Positions 39,883-48,564 of a stretch of DNA of 64,000 nucleotides are shown piece after piece. Below the pieces are notes generated by a model, which saw only the letters and a program-made list of their open reading frames with translations, did not search any database and was not told where the DNA came from. This DNA is from Burkholderiales bacterium (GTDB lineage: Bacteria > Pseudomonadota > Gammaproteobacteria > Burkholderiales > JAEUOS01). Location of the stretch: assembly GCA_046160545.1 (NCBI GenBank), contig JBJXGS010000193.1:13487-77486 (forward strand). The letters are read 5' to 3'. The position numbers and the translations under genes are program-made. How positions within the stretch are numbered: the stretch's first letter is position 1; each line of letters opens with the position of its first letter.

Positions 39883-41070
39883 ATGAGCAAGAGCGTCTTT
39901 GAAGGCATCAGGGTGCTCGATGTCGGCCACATCGTGGCGGGGCCGTTCGTGGCCTCGGTGCTGGCCGACTTCGGCGCGGAGGTGATCAAGATCGAGCCGC
40001 CCGTCAAGGGCGACCCGCTGCGCTGGCTTTATCCCAAGGGTGATGTGGGCCTCTTCTACAAGATGCAGGGCCGCAACAAGAAATCGATCACCTTGGACCT
40101 CAAGAAACCCGAAGGCCAGGCGATCTTTCACCGGCTCGCCGCCGGCGCCGACGTCGTGGTCGAGAACTTTCGCCCCGGCGTCATGGAGCGCCTGGGCTGC
40201 GGCTGGGAGGTGTTGTCCGCGCTCAATCCGCGCCTCATCATGTGCCGGCTGTCGGGTTTCGGACAGACCGGGCCCTACCGGGACCGACGCGCCTACGGAC
40301 GCATCTCGGAGGCCTTTGCCGGGTTTGCCCACATCACCGGCGAGCCGGATGGCCCGCCCGCGCATTCGCACATGTCGGTGGGCGACACGGTGGCCGGTAC
40401 CTGGGCTGCGATGGGCGTGATGATGGCGCTGTACTGGCGCGATGCGCGCGACGGCGGCGTCGGCCAGATGGTCGACATGGCGCTCTATGAGGGCCTGTTT
40501 CGCCAGATCGAGCAGCAGGTGGTGATCTTCGACCAGCTGGGCAAGGTGCTCGCACGCAGCGGCAGCAATCATCGCGACGTGCCCTACACCGGCTTGTTCC
40601 GCTGCAAGGACGGCGGGTACTTTTCATTCTCCGCGGTGACCGACAGCAGCGCCGGCGCCATCCTGCGCGCGGTCGGCCTGGCCGACGACGTGCGCTACAA
40701 CAGCTTCACCGAATGCGTGCGCCACCGCGATGCGTTCGCCATGGCCATCGGCGACTGGATGGCGGCACGCGCCTTGGCCGAAGTCGAGGCTGCGTTCGTC
40801 GCCTGCGACGCGCCCGGCAGCCGGGTGATGAGCGCCGCCGACCTCGTGGCGGACCCGCATGTGCAGGCACGCGAGATGGTCATCACTGTCGCGGACCGTG
40901 ACCTGGGCCCGATACGCATGCAGGGCATCGTCCCCAAGCTTTCTGCAACCCCGGGCGAAGTGCGCCACGCCGGCCAGCGCCTGGGTGAATCAAACCAGGC
41001 CGTGTACGGCGACCTCCTGGGCATGAGCGCGGCCGAGATGGAGGACCTGCGCTCGCGCGGCGTGATATAG
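39883..41070 (+). CDS. Family III CoA-transferase (CaiB/BaiF), copy 2
   Basis: 395 aa. Contains GIRVLDVGHIVAGPFVASVLADFGAEVIKIE. Confidence 0.85.
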   Translation: MSKSVFEGIRVLDVGHIVAGPFVASVLADFGAEVIKIEPPVKGDPLRWLYPKGDVGLFYKMQGRNKKSITLDLKKPEGQAIFHRLAAGADVVVENFRPGVMERLGCGWEVLSALNPRLIMCRLSGFGQTGPYRDRRAYGRISEAFAGFAHITGEPDGPPAHSHMSVGDTVAGTWAAMGVMMALYWRDARDGGVGQMVDMALYEGLFRQIEQQVVIFDQLGKVLARSGSNHRDVPYTGLFRCKDGGYFSFSAVTDSSAGAILRAVGLADDVRYNSFTECVRHRDAFAMAIGDWMAARALAEVEAAFVACDAPGSRVMSAADLVADPHVQAREMVITVADRDLGPIRMQGIVPKLSATPGEVRHAGQRLGESNQAVYGDLLGMSAAEMEDLRSRGVI

Positions 41071-41142
41071 CATGCGCCGACAGCAGCGCCGTCAGCCTGC
41101 TTCAATCCGAAATCCATTGCGATCGATCAGGAGACAAAGAAG

Positions 41143-42114
41143 ATGAATCGCTTTTCGGCAAGCATCTGCGCGGCCTTGATCGCCGCCGTGGCCCTGTGCG
41201 CGACGGCGCAAGCCCAAACCTATCCGCAGCAACCGATCCGCCTGATCGTAGCCTTCGGTCCGGGCAGTGGTGCCGACGCCATGGCGCGTGTGATCGCCGA
41301 GCGCCTCGCGTTGCAGCTCAAGACCCCCGTGACGGTCGAGAACCGCGAGGGCGCCGGCGGGGTGATCGGCGCATCCGCGGTTGCCAAGGCGCCGGCCGAC
41401 GGCTACACCCTGCACTTCGGGGTCACGACGATGACAGTCACCCCGCACCTGCAGGCGGTCCCGGCGTTCGACCCGGTGCGCGATTTCGTGCCCATCGTCA
41501 AGGTGGCCGAACTGGCGCTCCTGATGATCGCCGGCAACGACGCGCCCTTCAAGTCGCTCAAGGAGTTGATCGCCTATGCGAAAAAGAATCCGGGCAAGCT
41601 CAACTACGCCACCTCCGGCAAGGGCTCGCCCAGCCACCTGGGTGTGGAGATGATCAGGAAGGCCACCGGCATCGATGTGCGCGACGTGCCCTATAAAAAC
41701 ATCGGGCAGGCGACCACCGATGTGATCGGCGGGCAGGTGTCGTTCTACTTTCCCGGCATCACGGGAGCCGCGCCGCAGGTCAGGGCCGGCAAGGCCCGCG
41801 GCCTGGCGGTGGGGTCGGTCAAGCGTTCGGCGCTGGCACCCGAGGTGCCGACGGTCGCCGAAGAGACCGGGATCGCGGGTCTCGAGGTCATCACCTGGTA
41901 CGGGCTGCTAGGCCCCGCGGGCCTGCCCCGCGAGATCGCCAGCCGGCTGCAGGCCGAGACCTTCAAGGCGCTCGAAGTGCAGGAGGTGCGCGAGCGCATC
42001 GCGCGCACCGGCGCTGAGGTCGTGTTGGCGACCGGCGAGGAATTTGCCGCGCAGATCCGCAGCGACAGCGCGCGCTACGAAAAGCTGGTCAGGGAGCTGG
42101 GCTTGCGGGAATAA
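41143..42114 (+). CDS. Bug-family / TctC tripartite tricarboxylate transporter substrate-binding protein
   Basis: 323 aa. It has a signal peptide, and the motifs YPQQPIRLIVAFGPGSGADAMAR and NYATSGKGSPSHL. Confidence 0.9.
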   Translation: MNRFSASICAALIAAVALCATAQAQTYPQQPIRLIVAFGPGSGADAMARVIAERLALQLKTPVTVENREGAGGVIGASAVAKAPADGYTLHFGVTTMTVTPHLQAVPAFDPVRDFVPIVKVAELALLMIAGNDAPFKSLKELIAYAKKNPGKLNYATSGKGSPSHLGVEMIRKATGIDVRDVPYKNIGQATTDVIGGQVSFYFPGITGAAPQVRAGKARGLAVGSVKRSALAPEVPTVAEETGIAGLEVITWYGLLGPAGLPREIASRLQAETFKALEVQEVRERIARTGAEVVLATGEEFAAQIRSDSARYEKLVRELGLRE

Positions 42115-42179
42115 AGGGGCTGGCCGCCTCACACAGAGGTCGGCTCCTCCCAGTTGCAGTAGCAGCAGCCTGCGACCGA

Positions 42180-42437
42180 CTAGGCGACACTCTTGCCCGC
42201 CAGCCCGATGACAAAGGCGGCCCAAAGCCCGACGACCAGCAGGAACCCGGCCCCGAAGGCGGCGAATCGTTGCATCACGCGGTTGTAGGTGCAGTGAATG
42301 AAGCTGTGGACCGCGCGCAGAGCGACGTACGTCCACGCACCAACGATTAGCCAGTCCGGCGCATGGTGGGCACCGATGGCGGTTGCGACCAAAGCGTAGA
42401 ACAGGACCGGGGTCTCGAAGAGGTTCCTGAAGTTAGT
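42180..42437 (-). pseudogene. 5'-truncated MAPEG-family membrane protein gene
   Basis: Track ORF 42180..42392. My upstream extension reads ...TNFRNLFETPVLFYALVATAIG..., then loses similarity and hits a stop at 42474-42476. The N-terminal third to half expected for a MAPEG protein of about 130 aa is missing. Confidence 0.55.
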
Positions 42438-42574
42438 TGTGCGGCTTGGTTGTCTGCAGAGAGGCGAGCCGCATTAACGCCTCTGCAACGGCAAGTAGTC
42501 AGAGATACCAGAGATCCCTGCGATGCCAATGGCAATAGCTACCAGCCCGACCGCGCAAGCGTTACTCAGAAATC

Positions 42575-42812
42575 AAAGGCGTGCTGCGATTTCCATCGGC
42601 AATGTCCCGGGAAGTGTTGAACAGAGACGTTGAAGGTGGCGTCCGAAAACCCGTGTTTGCGGCACAGCGCGGCTACGGCATGTCGGCCCCGACCTGTTCG
42701 ATAAACCCGATGAACTGTTCTTCGCTTTATCCGCTCTTCCGTCTGTCCGTGATTCTCCAGGATTGACGGACTTTAAGAACTTGAGGCGGTACGGCTGTGG
42801 GGGAGCAGGTCA
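42575..42812 (-). mobile_element. IS3-family insertion sequence remnant (terminal repeat plus degenerate 5' end of orfA)
   Basis: The minus strand starts TGACCTGCTCCCCCACAG at 42812. OrfA HTH-like segments SEEQFIGFIEQVGADMP and VAALCRKHGFSDATF lie in two frames 1 nt apart, with an in-frame stop just before SEEQ. No transposase body follows, and the left boundary is approximate. Confidence 0.6.
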
Positions 42813-42878
42813 GAACGCCTTCGCTCGCGGCATGTCCTGAACATAGATTTCAAACCAACCCACCGGATTGCTTTTCAT
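42810..42878 (-). pseudogene. VOC/glyoxalase-family gene truncated after 22 codons by the IS end
   Basis: GAGGAGAG RBS followed by MKSNPVGWFEIYVQDMPRAKAF, a typical VOC N-terminus. The TGA stop is supplied by the first bases of the IS terminal repeat. Confidence 0.55.
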
Positions 42879-42949
42879 GGTGTCTCTCCTCTCGTGGATC
42901 ACAACTTCGATCAGGTCCTTGCCATGGGCGGCGAGTCCATATACGCGAG

Positions 42950-43558
42950 TCAGCCAGCACTTTCCTTGCCCTTGACGGCGATGATGACCAAATGATGAAG
43001 CGGGTACTGGTCTCGCTCCATCAGGACCGGCACGCACCCCTCGCTCTTGACCAACTGAATCAACGCCGTCTCGCACAGCGAGGAGTAATGAAACTCGTGT
43101 CCGTACATCGTACCCACCACTTCAGACTCGATGCCGCCTGCCGAAAACAGAATCACACCACCTTCGCTCAGACGGCGGCACAATTTTTCGATCACTGGAA
43201 CATGCAAATCACGCGGCAAATGGAAAATGCTATCCCAGGCTAGGATCAGATCGAACCGTAGCGGGGATACCCATTCCGTGATGTCGTCGTGAATGAACTC
43301 AACCGTCGGGTGCTTGGCCTTCGCAATCGCAAGCATGGCCGCCGAGACATCGATTCCTGCAACGCTGAAACCGGCGGCGATCAGTTTCTCGATCATCGGA
43401 CCGCCGGAGCCGCAACCCACATCGAGCGCCCTGTTCCCCGAACCACACAGCGCAATGGCACGCTCTAGGAACGGGACGCCGTAAAGCGAGCCCCGTCGGC
43501 TCTCATCCCAGAGAGTTGCGATAGCGTCGTATTGGCGTCCGGTATCGCGAGGGTGCAT
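42950..43558 (-). CDS. Class I SAM-dependent methyltransferase
   Basis: 202 aa. Contains ALDVGCGSGGPMIEKL (motif I) and DLILAWDSIFHL. Its GC content is lower than in flanking genes. Confidence 0.8.
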   Translation of the reverse strand: MHPRDTGRQYDAIATLWDESRRGSLYGVPFLERAIALCGSGNRALDVGCGSGGPMIEKLIAAGFSVAGIDVSAAMLAIAKAKHPTVEFIHDDITEWVSPLRFDLILAWDSIFHLPRDLHVPVIEKLCRRLSEGGVILFSAGGIESEVVGTMYGHEFHYSSLCETALIQLVKSEGCVPVLMERDQYPLHHLVIIAVKGKESAG

Positions 43559-43670
43559 GACAGTGCTTTCGACTATTGCCTTCAGACAGACGCTTCAGGG
43601 CGCTGGCTGCACGGCAAAGCGAAGTGGCCAGGCTGCCGCCCTTGCTCGACACCTGCCCTGACGACGTCGC

Positions 43671-44423
43671 TCATCCGAGCTTCTTAAGCGCGTTGAAGAT
43701 GATGTATGCGCCCAAGACCAATATCGCAGCAAAGAACACTGTACGGAATCTCTGCTCGGAAAGCTTCCTGCGAACGAGTTGTCCGACGACCATTCCCGCG
43801 AGCGCCGGCAGCACAGCCATCGTCGACAGAATGCCATGCTGGATTGTGATGAAGTTCGCCTGCTGCAAACCGGCCGCCAACGCAACGGTGGAGACAGTAA
43901 ACAGCATCCCCATGGCCTGGATGAGCATATCCCTCGGCAAGCCGATGGCCTGCAGGAACATGACGCCCGGCACAACAAACGAGCCGGTCATCCCCGTCAG
44001 CACACCGTTGGCAGACCCAATCAGGGGACCTGCCCAGAACTCGTACCGCGCCGGAATGGTGAGCCGTACTCCCGCCAGGTTCACTACGGAGTAGGTAACC
44101 AGCAGCACACCGAGTAGCGCAGTGAGCAGGGACGGGTTCAGTCGCGTCAGCGCTGCCACGCCAATCCAGACTGTGACCGTTGCCATTACCAGAAACGGCC
44201 AGAGGCGGTACAGAATGGCCTTTGCATTTCCTCCGACGACGGACTGCCAAAGATTCGTGACGAAGGAGGGCAACAGAAGGAGCGCCATCGCGCTTGGCAG
44301 GTCTAGTGCGACCGTAAGCAGTGCCAGACTTACCGTGGGCAGGCCGAGGCCGATTACCCCCTTTACGGCACCAGCGAGAAGGAAGGTGCCGACTACCACG
44401 ACTACGGTCGTCGGTTCAAACAC
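43671..44423 (-). CDS. TauE/SafE (TSUP) family anion/sulfite exporter
   Basis: The GTG at 44423 gives about 250 aa and about 8 TM helices. Contains AGAVKGVIGLGLPTVSLALL and GPLIGSANGVLTGMTG. Confidence 0.8.
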   Translation of the reverse strand: MFEPTTVVVVVGTFLLAGAVKGVIGLGLPTVSLALLTVALDLPSAMALLLLPSFVTNLWQSVVGGNAKAILYRLWPFLVMATVTVWIGVAALTRLNPSLLTALLGVLLVTYSVVNLAGVRLTIPARYEFWAGPLIGSANGVLTGMTGSFVVPGVMFLQAIGLPRDMLIQAMGMLFTVSTVALAAGLQQANFITIQHGILSTMAVLPALAGMVVGQLVRRKLSEQRFRTVFFAAILVLGAYIIFNALKKLG

Positions 44424-44511
44424 GTTTTCGCCTTTCAGCGCGTGCGGGTCGGACAAAGTGGATGCTACGTGGCCTGATGTAGGCAGGTCCAATTGAGCTG
44501 CGGGTAGGGTC

Positions 44512-45201
44512 TCACTCGATACGCGCCGATTTGGCGAGATTGTGGCGGGCGCATAGCAACTGTACGTTGGCAGCCGTCTCGGATGTGCCACCCTTTGAGA
44601 AGGGAACGATGTGATCGAAGTGCAGTTCGTCAGCGGCACCGCAGATCGCGCACTTTCCCGCATCGCGCTGCCACACCTCGAGCTTTACGTGTGACGGGAT
44701 GATGCGCCTACGATTTGCCGACAAGCGAACAGGTTGTGTGAGGTCTTCATCACCCTCGACCGCGATAAGCTTGAACTTGCATACCGTACGGTGATCGTCT
44801 CGTTCCGTCCACGCGTCGACGAGGTGGAAGATCCCGTTGTAGGCCCACATTCCGGGACGGAGTTTCTCGTAAACGCGTACACGCTCAGGGGCACGCCTCC
44901 TCGCAGCGGCCTCTTTGGCCGCGTTGAAGAACTTGCCGTTCTGAGTAGGTCGACCGGTGTGCGAAGCGAGAGGCTGGTCGACAACCTTGGGATTGGGGCA
45001 GCTTGCAACTTTGGGATGGTCGTGTCCCTCGTACACCAAGGTGGTGCCGCCGTCTTCCAGCTTGTCGCGGTAAGGCGCATTGGGGCGAACGGACATGAGA
45101 ATTACGGAGTGGTTTCCACCGAGCCCGAAGTTCATACCCGCTTGAAGGCTTGCTCCTTCACGCTGACACATGTCGATGTAAGAAATGACGTTATCGGACA
45201 T
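44512..45201 (-). CDS. PUA-superfamily (SRA/YDG-like) reader domain fused to an HNH nuclease; putative type IV modification-dependent restriction endonuclease
   Basis: 229 aa. The C-terminal HNH is KCAICGAADELHFDHIVPFSKGGTSETAANVQLLCARHNLAKS. The N-terminal pattern HSVILMSVRPNAPYRDKLEDGGTTLVYEGHD...VRVYEK...WAYNGIFHLVDAWTE...CKFKL resembles SRA-HNH enzymes. Confidence 0.7.
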   Translation of the reverse strand: MSDNVISYIDMCQREGASLQAGMNFGLGGNHSVILMSVRPNAPYRDKLEDGGTTLVYEGHDHPKVASCPNPKVVDQPLASHTGRPTQNGKFFNAAKEAAARRRAPERVRVYEKLRPGMWAYNGIFHLVDAWTERDDHRTVCKFKLIAVEGDEDLTQPVRLSANRRRIIPSHVKLEVWQRDAGKCAICGAADELHFDHIVPFSKGGTSETAANVQLLCARHNLAKSARIE

Positions 45202-45225
45202 GGTGAGTGCGGTTGACGCCTAACC

Positions 45226-45251
45226 AAAAAACGGCGGCCGGAAACCGCCGT
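45226..45251 (-). terminator. Intrinsic terminator on the minus strand with no annotated gene upstream of it
   Basis: The minus strand reads ACGGCGG-TTTCCGG-CCGCCGT followed by TTTTT. It lies just upstream of the HNH gene start. Confidence 0.5.
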
Positions 45252-45568
45252 CGATCGCGATACGCGCTTCGCGTATTCGATGACGGGTCGTGAAAGACCA
45301 CTGATTTGTTTCGGCTTTATCGAACATCGTCTAGATTGGGCGACCCAAAAGACTGAAAAAACGACACCGCGCGCCCTTTCCTGCTTGCCGCGTCCTGCCG
45401 GCCGCGGTCTCCCGGCCCGTTCCCTTGCGAAATCATAGGCGCCGGGATCTTACCTACGGCGACGCTTGAGTCATGGGTAGAAAGCATACGCCGATCGCTT
45501 GGGCAATTCTGCCCGTAGCACGCTGGCGGTTCATTGCGAGGCTTCGAGTCCTGCTCTAGACTTGCCAC

Positions 45569-45988
45569 ATGGCCCCGGCTGTCTCCTCCGACCCCAACGT
45601 CCACCGGCTGCGCAGCATGGGCGCACGCGTGACTTCGGCACGCGTGGCCGTGCTGGACGTGCTCACCCGTTCCGACCGGGCGCTCACCCACCGCGAGATC
45701 GAGGACGGCCTGGCCGGCATGCGCGTGGACCGGGTCACGGTGTACCGGGTGCTGGAGTGGCTGACTTCCGAGGGACTGGCGCACCGGATCGCCGACGATG
45801 ACCGGGTGACGCGCTTTTCCGCAGCCGGTGAGTCCGACCATGGGCATGCCCACTTCAAGTGCAGCGCTTGTGGTGGGGTGTATTGCATCCCGACCGGACC
45901 GGCGCTCAAGTTGCGGCTGCCGGCGGGGTTTCGGGCCGGCGAGATCGAGTTGACCATCAAGGGCACGTGCGCGCACTGCCCTGCGTAG
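45569..45988 (+). CDS. zur: Fur-family metalloregulator, zinc uptake regulator by context
   Basis: 139 aa. It has a winged-helix N-terminus (RVTSARVAVLDVLTRSDRALTHREIEDGL), HGHAHFKCSACGGVYC and a C-terminal CAHC. Confidence 0.75.
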   Translation: MAPAVSSDPNVHRLRSMGARVTSARVAVLDVLTRSDRALTHREIEDGLAGMRVDRVTVYRVLEWLTSEGLAHRIADDDRVTRFSAAGESDHGHAHFKCSACGGVYCIPTGPALKLRLPAGFRAGEIELTIKGTCAHCPA

Positions 45989-46019
45989 CATCGTGCAATT
46001 CTGCAAAGCAAGGTTCGCA

Positions 46020-46589
46020 ATGTTCACAATCCGTCCGCTCGCCGGCGTCTTCGCGGCTCTCTTGGTCGCCACTGCAGCCGCGCCCGTCCAGGCGGGCAAG
46101 GGGCATGTGCATGGCCTGGCCACGCTCAAGGTCGCGGTCGACGGGGAGACGCTGACGCTGATCCTGGAGAGTCCGCTGGACAACCTGCTTGGCTTTGAGC
46201 GCGCCCCGCGCGATGACGCCGAGCGCCGCGCCGTGGCAACCATGGCCGAACGCCTGCGCAACCCGGAGAAGATGCTGCTGCCGGCGGCAGCGGCGCGCTG
46301 CACTTTGGCTGAGGTGCGCCTGACTTCCCCGGTCCTGGCCGGCACGCCCGCGCACGACGCCCTGCCCGGGGCAGCCGGCGCGGCTGCTCCCGCCAAACCC
46401 GCCGACGGCCACGGCGAGCTGATGGCACGCTACCGTTACCGTTGCGCGGCACCTGCCGAGTTGCGCAGCGTCGAGGTGCGGCTTTTCGAGTCGTTTCGCC
46501 GCCTGGCCTCGATCAATGCGCAGGTGGCCGGGGCCAAGGGCCAGTCGGCCAAGCGCCTGACACCCAAGCAGAGCGTTTTGACGTTGTGA
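46020..46589 (+). CDS. DUF2796 periplasmic metal-binding protein (ZrgA-like)
   Basis: It has a signal peptide, plus GKGHVHGLATLKVAVDGETLTLILESPLDNLLGFE and HGELMARYRYRC. The start could be 46020 or 45993. Confidence 0.75.
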   Translation: MFTIRPLAGVFAALLVATAAAPVQAGKGHVHGLATLKVAVDGETLTLILESPLDNLLGFERAPRDDAERRAVATMAERLRNPEKMLLPAAAARCTLAEVRLTSPVLAGTPAHDALPGAAGAAAPAKPADGHGELMARYRYRCAAPAELRSVEVRLFESFRRLASINAQVAGAKGQSAKRLTPKQSVLTL

Positions 46590-47305
46590 GCGCGACGGCT
46601 GTCGCGGCAATCGAGGTCCGGGACCTGCGTTTTCGCTGGCCGGGCGCGCAAACCGATTGCCTGGACATCGCCGAATTCGTGGTGGCGCCGGGTGAAGCGG
46701 TCTTCCTGCACGGACCCAGCGGCAGCGGCAAGAGCACGCTTCTGAACCTGCTTGGCGGCGTCGTGTTGCCACAGGCGGGCATGGTGCGCCTGTTGGGCCG
46801 TGACCTGACCGGACTTGCCGGTGCGGCACGGGATCGCCTGCGCGCCGACCATCTGGGATTCATATTCCAGCAGTTCAATCTTGTGCCCTACCTGCCTGTA
46901 CTCGACAACGTGCTTCTGGCGACGCGGTTTTCCGCTCGCAGGAGGGATGCGGCCACGGCAGCGCACGGTTCGCCGGCGGCGGCGGCGCGTGCGCTGCTCG
47001 ACGGGCTTGAAGTCGGCGGAGCACTCGCAGGCCAGCGGGCCGACACGCTCTCGGTCGGGCAGCAGCAACGCGTCGCGGCGGCGCGCGCGCTGATCGGTGC
47101 GCCGGATGTCGTGATTGCCGACGAACCAACCTCGGCGCTTGACGAAGACCTGCGGCAGGCCTTCCTTACGCTGCTCACCGCGCGCTGCCGTGCGCATGGC
47201 ACGGCGCTTGTGTTCGTGAGTCACGACCGGCGCATGGCGGCGGCTTTCGATCGCACCGTGGCGTTGGCGGACATCAATCGCCAGCCGCGTGGGGCCGGAG
47301 CATGA
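46586..47305 (+). CDS. ABC transporter ATP-binding protein (ZrgB-like)
   Basis: The GTG at 46586 overlaps the upstream stop (GTGA). Contains Walker A GPSGSGKST, signature LSVGQQQRVAAARA and Walker B VVIADEPTSALD. Confidence 0.88.
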   Translation: MSATAVAAIEVRDLRFRWPGAQTDCLDIAEFVVAPGEAVFLHGPSGSGKSTLLNLLGGVVLPQAGMVRLLGRDLTGLAGAARDRLRADHLGFIFQQFNLVPYLPVLDNVLLATRFSARRRDAATAAHGSPAAAARALLDGLEVGGALAGQRADTLSVGQQQRVAAARALIGAPDVVIADEPTSALDEDLRQAFLTLLTARCRAHGTALVFVSHDRRMAAAFDRTVALADINRQPRGAGA

Positions 47306-48564
47306 GTTTTCTCCTGCGCCTGGCAGCTTTAAGCGCATGGAACCGGCGCCTGACGCTGGGGCTACTCATGGCGTCGATCGCGCTCTCGACGGTTCTGTTG
47401 GTCGGCATCGAGCGCCTGCGCCAGGATGCGCGCGCAAGTTTCAACGAGGCGGTGTCGGGCGCCGATCTCGTGGTCGGGCCGCGCGGCAGCCCCGTGGGGC
47501 TGATCCTTTATGCGGTGTTTCGCATCGGTGCGCCAACCGACACGCTTTCGTGGGCCGCCTTCCAGAAACTCGAGCGCGACCCGGCGGTGGCCTGGGCGGT
47601 GCCGCTCTCTCTCGGTGACTCGCATCGCGGCTTCGCGGTGCTGGGTACCACCAAGACGTACTTCGAGCGCTTTCGCCACGGCGACAAGCGCCCGCTCGCC
47701 TACGCGGCCGGGCGCGGCTTCGACGGCATTTTCGAGGCCGTGATCGGCGCGGAGGTCGCCGAGCGCCTCAAGTATTCGGTCGGCGCACGCATCACGCTTG
47801 CGCACGGCACGGGCGAGGGCATGCAGGCCGAACACGCCGACAAGCCGTTCACGGTCTCCGGCATCCTGGCGCGCACCGGCACGCCGGTGGATCGCACCGT
47901 GCACGTGAGCCTGGAAGCAATCGAGGCGATCCACCTGGACTGGCGCGGCGGTGCGCCCATCCCCGGCGTGGTGATCCCGCCGGAATTCGTGCGCAAGTTC
48001 GATCTGACGCCCAAGACCATCAGCGCGGCCCTGATCGGACTTAACAGTCGCGCCGAGGTGTTCGAGGTGCAGCGGCGGCTACACGCCGAGCGTGCGGAAC
48101 CCATGCTGGCCGTCCTGCCCGGCGTGGCGCTGGACGAACTCTGGCAGCTCCTGGGCACAGCCGAGCGTACGCTCGCGGTGGTGTCCGCGCTGGTGGCGCT
48201 GGTGTCGTTTGCGGGGCTGATTGCGGCCGTGCTGGCCGGACTCAACGAGCGCCGCCGCGAATTGGCCATCCTGCGCGCGGTCGGCGCCCGGCCTCGCGAG
48301 CTCACTTTGTTGCTGTTTTGCGAAGGGTTTCTGGTCACCGTTGGCGGCGTCGTCGCGGGACTGGTGGTCCTGGCGCTTGGCACGGCCGCATTCGGCGATA
48401 CACTGCTCTCTGCCTACGGCGTGCAGCTCACGACCCGCCTCCTTGCCTTCGATGAGGCGCCGCTTGTCGCCGGCATCCTGGCCGCAGGGTGCCTGGCAAG
48501 CCTGGTCCCTGGGGTACGCGCCTACCGGCTTTCGCTGGCAGATGGATTGACACCGCACACATGA
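47302..48564 (+). CDS. FtsX/MacB-type ABC transporter permease (ZrgC-like)
   Basis: 420 aa with an ATGA overlap. It has an N-terminal TM helix, a periplasmic domain and a C-terminal bundle of 3 TM helices. Confidence 0.85.
   Translation: MSFLLRLAALSAWNRRLTLGLLMASIALSTVLLVGIERLRQDARASFNEAVSGADLVVGPRGSPVGLILYAVFRIGAPTDTLSWAAFQKLERDPAVAWAVPLSLGDSHRGFAVLGTTKTYFERFRHGDKRPLAYAAGRGFDGIFEAVIGAEVAERLKYSVGARITLAHGTGEGMQAEHADKPFTVSGILARTGTPVDRTVHVSLEAIEAIHLDWRGGAPIPGVVIPPEFVRKFDLTPKTISAALIGLNSRAEVFEVQRRLHAERAEPMLAVLPGVALDELWQLLGTAERTLAVVSALVALVSFAGLIAAVLAGLNERRRELAILRAVGARPRELTLLLFCEGFLVTVGGVVAGLVVLALGTAAFGDTLLSAYGVQLTTRLLAFDEAPLVAGILAAGCLASLVPGVRAYRLSLADGLTPHT

Noticed and set aside
45317-47338. Long minus-strand ORFs 45317..46396, 45957..46829 and 46436..47338
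   Set aside because: They are antisense to the zur, DUF2796 and ABC ATPase genes and are Arg/Ala/Pro/Ser-rich. The plus-strand genes have clear family motifs and coupled starts.
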